Source: Flavobacterium sp.
GTDB taxonomy: Bacteria > Bacteroidota > Bacteroidia > Flavobacteriales > Flavobacteriaceae
NCBI RefSeq assembly: GCF_024642105.1
Contig: NZ_JAHEBT010000056.1
Coordinates: forward strand, 22,531 to 86,530
Length of the DNA: 64,000 bases
Direction: 5' to 3'
This document shows positions 58,733 to 64,000 of this stretch, in pieces. Below the pieces are notes generated by a model, which saw only the letters and a list, made by a program, of their open reading frames with translations, made no database searches and was not told where the DNA came from. Within the stretch, counting starts at the first letter, position 1. Every line of letters starts with the position of its first letter. Made by a program: the position numbers and the translations under genes.

Positions 58733-58781
58733 TTTTAATTAAAGCTTCCAGCCTTTTAAAGGCTGGAAGCTTTAATTAAAA
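58733..58781. repeat. Perfect 49-bp palindrome (24-bp arms)
   Basis: TTTTAATTAAAGCTTCCAGCCTTT-T-AAAGGCTGGAAGCTTTAATTAAAA. Confidence 0.9.
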
Positions 58782-58790
58782 TTTACATCC

Positions 58791-58825
58791 AAAAAAAAAG
58801 CACCAGTTGTAAAACTGATGCTTTT
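58791..58825 (-). terminator. Intrinsic terminator of rplY
   Basis: AAAAGCACCAGTT...AACTGATGCTTTT with a long T-run on the minus strand. Confidence 0.75.
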
Positions 58826-58844
58826 TCGTATGATTGAAAAAAAA

Positions 58845-59450
58845 TTATTTTTTTCCTTTTGGTGCTTTTGCAGCTTTTGCAGCTTCTTGAGCCGCTTTCA
58901 TAGCCGCACGAGAAATTCTTACTTGACAAACCACTGTGTTGTCTGGGTGCATTAATTTGTATTTGTCAGAAACTAATTTCGTAACATACAATTTGTTCCC
59001 CATTTCAAGTGGAGTAATATCAGCTTCAACAAAATCTGGAAGATTTGATGGTAAAGCTTTTACTTTTAATTTACGAGTGTTCAAACGTAGAACACCTCCT
59101 GAAAGAACACCTTTAGAAGTACCAACAATTTTTACAGGAACTTCCATAGTGATTTCTTTGTTGTCAAACAACTGGAAGAAGTCAATGTGTAAAATTTTGT
59201 CAGTTACTGGGTGAACTTGAATGTCTTGAAGAATGGCATTGTATGATTTTCCATTACCCAAATCAATCACAACTGTGTGTGCGTTTGGAGTGTAAACCAA
59301 GTTTTTGAATGCTTTTTCTTCTGCTGAGAAATGTACTGCTTGATCTCCTCCGTATAACACGCAAGGAACCGCTCCAGCATTACGTAAGGCTTTAGTAGCA
59401 ACTTTGCCCACGCTTTCTCTTTCTGATCCTTTAATTGTAATCGATTTCAT
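58845..59450 (-). CDS. rplY: 50S ribosomal protein L25/Ctc
   Basis: [33 protein letters not shown]. Confidence 0.96.
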   Translation of the reverse strand: MKSITIKGSERESVGKVATKALRNAGAVPCVLYGGDQAVHFSAEEKAFKNLVYTPNAHTVVIDLGNGKSYNAILQDIQVHPVTDKILHIDFFQLFDNKEITMEVPVKIVGTSKGVLSGGVLRLNTRKLKVKALPSNLPDFVEADITPLEMGNKLYVTKLVSDKYKLMHPDNTVVCQVRISRAAMKAAQEAAKAAKAPKGKK

Positions 59451-59477
59451 TGTAAAAAAATATAGTTATTAAAAATA

Positions 59478-60419
59478 TTACATAATAAACTTTCCACTAA
59501 TGGAATTGTTGTGATGCACCATGTGCATTACTTCTGCGAAAAGAGGCGCACAACTCAACACTCTGATCTTGTCCGATTTTTTCTTCAACGGAATAGAATC
59601 GGTAACTATTAACTCACTTAATTTTGAGTTTTCTATTTTTTCGTAGGCTTCTCCAGATAAGATTGGGTGAGTACAAATTGCTCTTACGCTCAAGGCTCCT
59701 TTTTCAATCATTAAATCTGCGGCTTTCGCCAAAGTTCCTCCAGTATCGATCATGTCGTCTACTAGAATTACGTTTCTGCCTTTCACCTCTCCAATCAACT
59801 CCATAGTGTCAATTACATTGGCTACTTTTCTTTGTTTGTAACAAACTACTACGTCAGATTCTAAAAATTTAGAGTAGGCGTAGGCTCTTTTTGATCCTCC
59901 CATATCAGGAGACGCAATCGTTAAATTTTCCAAACCTAAGCTTTTTACGTATGGTAAAAAGATGGTAGAAGCAAAAAGGTGATCTACTGGTTTTTCAAAA
60001 AAACCTTGAATTTGATCGGCATGCAAATCCATAGTCATTACTCTAGTTGCTCCAGCGGCATCCAATAAATTAGCTACTAATTTAGCTCCAATTGGCACCC
60101 TTGGTTTGTCTTTTCTGTCTTGTCTTGCCCAACCGAAGTAAGGAATAACTGCAGTAATATGTCGAGCTGATGCGCGCTTAGCTGCATCAATCATTAATAA
60201 CAATTCCATCAAATTATCGGCGCTTGGAAACGTTGAACACACAATAAAAACGCGTAATCCACGAATTGACTCTTCATAAGAAGGTTGAAATTCTCCGTCG
60301 CTATAGGTAGAGGTGATTACCTTTCCTAGAGGGACTCCGTAAGCTTCTGCTATCTGCTCAGCTAAATAGACACTTTGTGAACAGGCAAAAATTTTAGCTT
60401 CTGGTTCTTGGTGTGACAT
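59478..60419 (-). CDS. prs: Ribose-phosphate pyrophosphokinase
   Basis: YSDGE, PYFGWARQDRK, DLHADQIQGFF, SPDMGG, VDDMIDTGGT. Confidence 0.98.
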   Translation of the reverse strand: MSHQEPEAKIFACSQSVYLAEQIAEAYGVPLGKVITSTYSDGEFQPSYEESIRGLRVFIVCSTFPSADNLMELLLMIDAAKRASARHITAVIPYFGWARQDRKDKPRVPIGAKLVANLLDAAGATRVMTMDLHADQIQGFFEKPVDHLFASTIFLPYVKSLGLENLTIASPDMGGSKRAYAYSKFLESDVVVCYKQRKVANVIDTMELIGEVKGRNVILVDDMIDTGGTLAKAADLMIEKGALSVRAICTHPILSGEAYEKIENSKLSELIVTDSIPLKKKSDKIRVLSCAPLFAEVMHMVHHNNSISGKFIM

Positions 60420-60542
60420 TGATAATTTGTTGTTAATACACCGATACGTTTCATATAATGGAGCTTTATCATGTAATACTAGCTCTTATGTATGTATTTG
60501 CCTCGGCTGTAGTTAGTTAGTAAGTTGTGTTGTAACAGGCTG

Positions 60543-60624
60543 CAAATTTAGAAAATTTATTCAACTCTGAAAGGAAAAAATTAAGTATTTTTATTAGGGG
60601 TTTTAATTTTATTTTTTACATTTG
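60543..60624. promoter_or_regulatory. Divergent -7 promoter pair (prs and tRNA-Leu)
   Basis: TAAATTTG on minus (60543-60550) and TACATTTG on plus (60617-60624). Confidence 0.55.
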
Positions 60625-60711
60625 CACCGTGTTAAAGGAATCGATGGTTGATTTATAACAATCTCCTCTTTTATTGCGTTAAAATAACTGTTGTTATTTT
60701 ATGTCTGCTAA

Positions 60712-60791
60712 GCCCGGATGGCGGAATTGGTAGACGCGCTGGTCTCAAACACCTGTGGGAAACCGTGCCGGTTCGACTCCGGCTCCGGGTA
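60712..60791 (+). tRNA. tRNA-Leu(CAA)
   Basis: Acceptor stem GCCCGGA/TCCGGGT, D-loop GGAATTGGTAGAC, anticodon loop CTCAAAC, variable arm, T-arm GCCGG-TTCGACT-CCGGC; CCA not encoded. Confidence 0.95.
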
Positions 60792-60792
60792 C

Positions 60793-60823
60793 AAAAGCCT
60801 CTTCGAAAGAAGAGGCTTTTTTT
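60793..60823. terminator. Terminator after tRNA-Leu
   Basis: AAAAGCCTCTTC-GAAA-GAAGAGGCTTTT followed by T-run. Confidence 0.88.
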
Positions 60824-60870
60824 GTTGAATCAAGTAAAAATGGAATTTAATTTGGCCTTAATAGATTGTA

Positions 60871-61476
60871 TTATATTTTAAACGTATTAAAAAGTTTAGA
60901 TTTACTATTGATATTGAGTTTTCGGTAAATGTTTTTAATATGACTTCGCACAGAATCGATGGATAAATTATGTCGATCAGCTACTAATTTATAACTCAAT
61001 CCATCCAAGATATCATTTGTGATTGCTATTTCACATTGGGTTAATTTTTCCAAATCATTTTTCTTTTTTTGAAAATGTGCGATTACTTTTCGGGCAATTT
61101 TAGGAGTCATATAGGCTCCATCATCTTGAATTGCATCAAAAACTTCTTGGTAGTCCATTTGAAAACTTTGTTTATCAATATAGCCTATGGCACCCAATTG
61201 GATGGCATTAAAAATAGTGTCCGAGTCTTCCCTAATAGAATTGATAATAATATTAGATTCAGGGTACAAGGCTAGAATTTTTTTAATTGCATCAAGCCCA
61301 TTCATTTTGGGCATAATGATATCTAATAAATAAATATCGGCCGGTATTGGATTCTCTAAAAATTCGATTGGATTGGAAAAAACAGCTTCACATTGATAAT
61401 CAGCAAGCTCGTTTATTTTTTCTTTTAATAATACTGCGATTCGAAAATCGTCTTCGAAAATGATTACATTTTTCAT
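60871..61476 (-). CDS. NarL/LuxR family response regulator
   Basis: Receiver (IFEDD, LLDIIMP.MNG, GYIDK) plus LuxR HTH (GLSYK.VAD...SIDSVRSHIKNIYRKL). Confidence 0.9.
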   Translation of the reverse strand: MKNVIIFEDDFRIAVLLKEKINELADYQCEAVFSNPIEFLENPIPADIYLLDIIMPKMNGLDAIKKILALYPESNIIINSIREDSDTIFNAIQLGAIGYIDKQSFQMDYQEVFDAIQDDGAYMTPKIARKVIAHFQKKKNDLEKLTQCEIAITNDILDGLSYKLVADRHNLSIDSVRSHIKNIYRKLNINSKSKLFNTFKI

Positions 61477-61580
61477 AACATCCTAGTTAAAATAGTTCCC
61501 ACTTCATTGTGTAAATCCATGGCAATTCTATTCTTGGTCATTCTTTCTGTTCTTTGTGCTTTTTCTATTTTTAGCAATAA
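61473..61580 (-). pseudogene. Remnant of a HisKA_3 sensor kinase (H-box only)
   Basis: NRIAMDLHNEVGTIL H-box; no HATPase domain; its stop overlaps the regulator ATG. Confidence 0.65.
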
Positions 61581-62738
61581 AATCAATTGGCGAAAGCCCT
61601 GTAGATTCTTTAAAAACTGCAAAAAAGTTCGATTTTGAAGCAAACCCAGATTTGGCACCAATTCCTTCCACAGTTAAAACATCTAAATACTCGGAGAGTA
61701 ATAATTCCTTGGCATGCTCAATACGGTAATTAGTCCTAAGTTCTGTAAATTTAGTTTGTATAATGTTTTAAAACAATAATACACATGATGTTTAGGAATC
61801 GCTAAATCGTTAATAACGTCATCGATATTGAATTTTGGATTTAAATAAGGTTTCTCTTGTTCTATATAATTTAATATTTGTACCGCGGTTTCACAAAAGG
61901 GATCTTTAGCAATTTGATCAAATTCAATTTCTTTTATAGCGGCAGTTGCTTCTGTCTCTTTTTGAATTAGATTGGATTTTGATACACGGGGAATACCATA
62001 TAAAATATCAGGGAAAACCATAATTATTACAGGGATAATAGAATACGCAAACCCACTAAACAAACTAACAGAAAGCTGATTGAAAACTTCTTTTTTAATG
62101 TTGTCAGTAGTGATAAAGAAATAGATCATTATCATATAACTGAGACTAATTAGCAACGCAATCACCGAGATAGAAATGAGCCATTTCACTAACACTTTTT
62201 TTTGTGCCGCAGGAGATGAACTGCTTTTTTTCTTATTGTACTTCCATATTATAAATAAACAGATTAGGCTATAAATAAAAAGTTGAGTAGGCCTAGCAAT
62301 TACATTCCCAAAATTAGGGTAAAACGAATGAATATGGGCTGTTTTGATAGCATTAGGGTCGTCAATAAATTGTTGCGCAAGGGCCAGTTTATAATCGAAA
62401 CTTTTAAACATGAAAGGCAGCACTAAACCAAAACTGATTATAGTGGGTAAAAAATGTAAAATATCGATTGTACTTAATTTAGGAGCATCTTTTAAGGTAC
62501 TTCGAACATAAAAGAAAAGCATAGGTGGGGCTAAAAAATATAACGGAACAGATTGTACATTAATCAATGCCAATTGAAATGCTGAATCATTAAAAAACAC
62601 CAAGTGATGAAAGATACCATACACCCCTAACGGAATCAAAAATCCAATTAAATATAAAATACTTTTATTTATCCTTAAATTAAAGCTTAAGATAACAACA
62701 CATAGAAAAAGGGTTAATAAAGAAAAGTAATAAATCAT
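61528..62738 (-). pseudogene. Frameshifted multi-TM AraC-family regulator
   Basis: The ORF shifts frame near 61766-61773; the other frame continues NIIQTKFTELRTNYRIEHAK...SGFASKSNFFAVFK, matching the adjacent paralog. Confidence 0.8.
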
Positions 62739-62748
62739 GGGTAATGTA

Positions 62749-63912
62749 TTAGCTTAATTTTTGTTGTTGGATAAATTCGATAGGGGTTACGCCTGTTTCT
62801 TCTTTAAAAGTAGTGAAAAAATTAGTCTTGGATGAGAAACCTGAGGCATTCCAAATTCCTTCCAAGGACAAGGAGTCCATTTCTGAAGACAACAATAATT
62901 TTTTAGCATGCGCTATTCTAAAATTAGTTCGTAGTTCAATGAATTTTTTATTTAAATGCTTGTTGAAACATTCATATAATTGGTATTTTGGCACCCCCAA
63001 GTAAACCGAAAGATCGTCTAGACTAAAAGACGGGTTTAAGTACGGTTTTTCAGTTTCAAAATACAGTAGTATCTTTTCAGCTAAGTCAGCCATTTCAGTG
63101 GTTTTAAAAGCTGGTTTTTCTTTTTTAGGAACGCGACTAGCAGTTGTACTAATTTGAGAAACGGGTATCCCATAAAGCACTTGCGGATAAAACACCATTA
63201 CTAAGGGGATAATACTCAATATTAAATAAGCAATTAAAGTGTAATGATAATCGTTAATATCCGATTTTTCAAGTTGATTATTTCCAAAAAAAGTAAGGGT
63301 GATTAAAATGGTACACCCAGCCAGTACAATCGCACTACTTATTAAAAAACAAAGCCATCTAAATAAATTCTTCCTATTAATGGAGTCAATCGTTTTAAAA
63401 TGGTCTTTCCAATGTCGAAGCAAAAGAACACTATTGGCTATAATGTAGGACATAAATAAGAAGGCTCTAGTTGTAGTTACGATATAAAAGGGAAATAATA
63501 AGTTGGTGTTGGCAAATTTACTGTAATTAGGATTTGCATATAAAAGGCGGGCAGTTTCCATTTTTTCAGGCCAAGAAATGAGGTAAAAAGGCACCACATT
63601 TAAGCAATCTATTATAAAAGGTATAAAATGTAAAAAATCAAACCTTGTAAAACGCCACTCATTTTTCAAACTATTTCTTACATACAAGTAGAGCATTGCC
63701 CCAGGCAACAAAAAAATAGGAGAGAAATGACCGTGAAAAATAGCGATACCCAAAATAGAATCACTTTCTAAAATCATATAATGTTTAATCCCATACAAGT
63801 ATACCGGTAAAAGATAACCGGCTAATAAAAAACTATTTTTATTGCGATTGTAATTATACAATAGCATCACAAAAGTAATTAATGAAGAAATAATGGATAA
63901 ATAAAAAAGCAT
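62749..63912 (-). CDS. Multi-TM AraC-family transcriptional regulator
   Basis: About seven hydrophobic segments followed by an AraC HTH (YLNPSFSLDDL...RIAHAKKLL...SGFSSKTNFFTTFK). Confidence 0.88.
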   Translation of the reverse strand: MLFYLSIISSLITFVMLLYNYNRNKNSFLLAGYLLPVYLYGIKHYMILESDSILGIAIFHGHFSPIFLLPGAMLYLYVRNSLKNEWRFTRFDFLHFIPFIIDCLNVVPFYLISWPEKMETARLLYANPNYSKFANTNLLFPFYIVTTTRAFLFMSYIIANSVLLLRHWKDHFKTIDSINRKNLFRWLCFLISSAIVLAGCTILITLTFFGNNQLEKSDINDYHYTLIAYLILSIIPLVMVFYPQVLYGIPVSQISTTASRVPKKEKPAFKTTEMADLAEKILLYFETEKPYLNPSFSLDDLSVYLGVPKYQLYECFNKHLNKKFIELRTNFRIAHAKKLLLSSEMDSLSLEGIWNASGFSSKTNFFTTFKEETGVTPIEFIQQQKLS

Positions 63913-64000
63913 AGTTGTTTTTAATAAGTAAGTATTGATTTATTTTTTTATTTCTTGGGCCACCCATTGTTTAATAACAATTCAGCCCCTTTTAGTACTA

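Noticed and set aside
60648-60881. 77-aa ORF on the plus strand
   Set aside because: It runs through the tRNA-Leu gene and its terminator.
61760-61780. Programmed -1 frameshift in the AraC gene
   Set aside because: There is no in-frame X XXY YYZ heptamer, and the -1 frame has TAA at the point where re-pairing would occur.
60770-64000. attL/attR pair at tRNA-Leu
   Set aside because: No second copy of the tRNA 3' end was seen within the window.

Overview
AT-rich bacterial chromosomal segment, almost certainly from a Flavobacterium (Bacteroidota). Evidence: bat operon, TAnnTTTG -7 promoters, T9SS C-terminal domains, stand-alone atpD-atpC and an IleRS2 with a GIHH motif. Most of it is housekeeping backbone: DUF58/batA-E, pheS, gpsA, nadD-gmk-yicC, gdhA, recO-ileS-dksA-lspA, radA, panDC, glmS, atpDC, the biotin genes, recX, ribF, pth, rplY, prs and tRNA-Leu(CAA). 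Accessory genes include a TonB receptor/SGNH lipoprotein pair, a four-gene haloperoxidase/PAP2-like cluster, two T9SS cargo proteins, and a decaying AraC/two-component region after the tRNA. The most striking unexplained structure is a dense set of small palindromic elements from several families. (1) A GxxExxY (PD-(D/E)XK-like) gene bounded by 41-bp inverted repeats (outer 21 bp perfect) sits at the bioF stop codon, and gene-less copies with the same ends occur elsewhere in the window; this looks like a minimal mobile cassette with MITE-like derivatives. (2) Two different palindromic elements lie in-frame inside the essential ileS gene; one has intergenic siblings whose stems covary perfectly. 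A FabF-type ketosynthase with an intact catalytic triad follows bioA, and no bioC/bioH is present in the window. No CRISPR array, integrase, rRNA or classical transposase was seen. All calls were made by eye from motifs; no database search was run.
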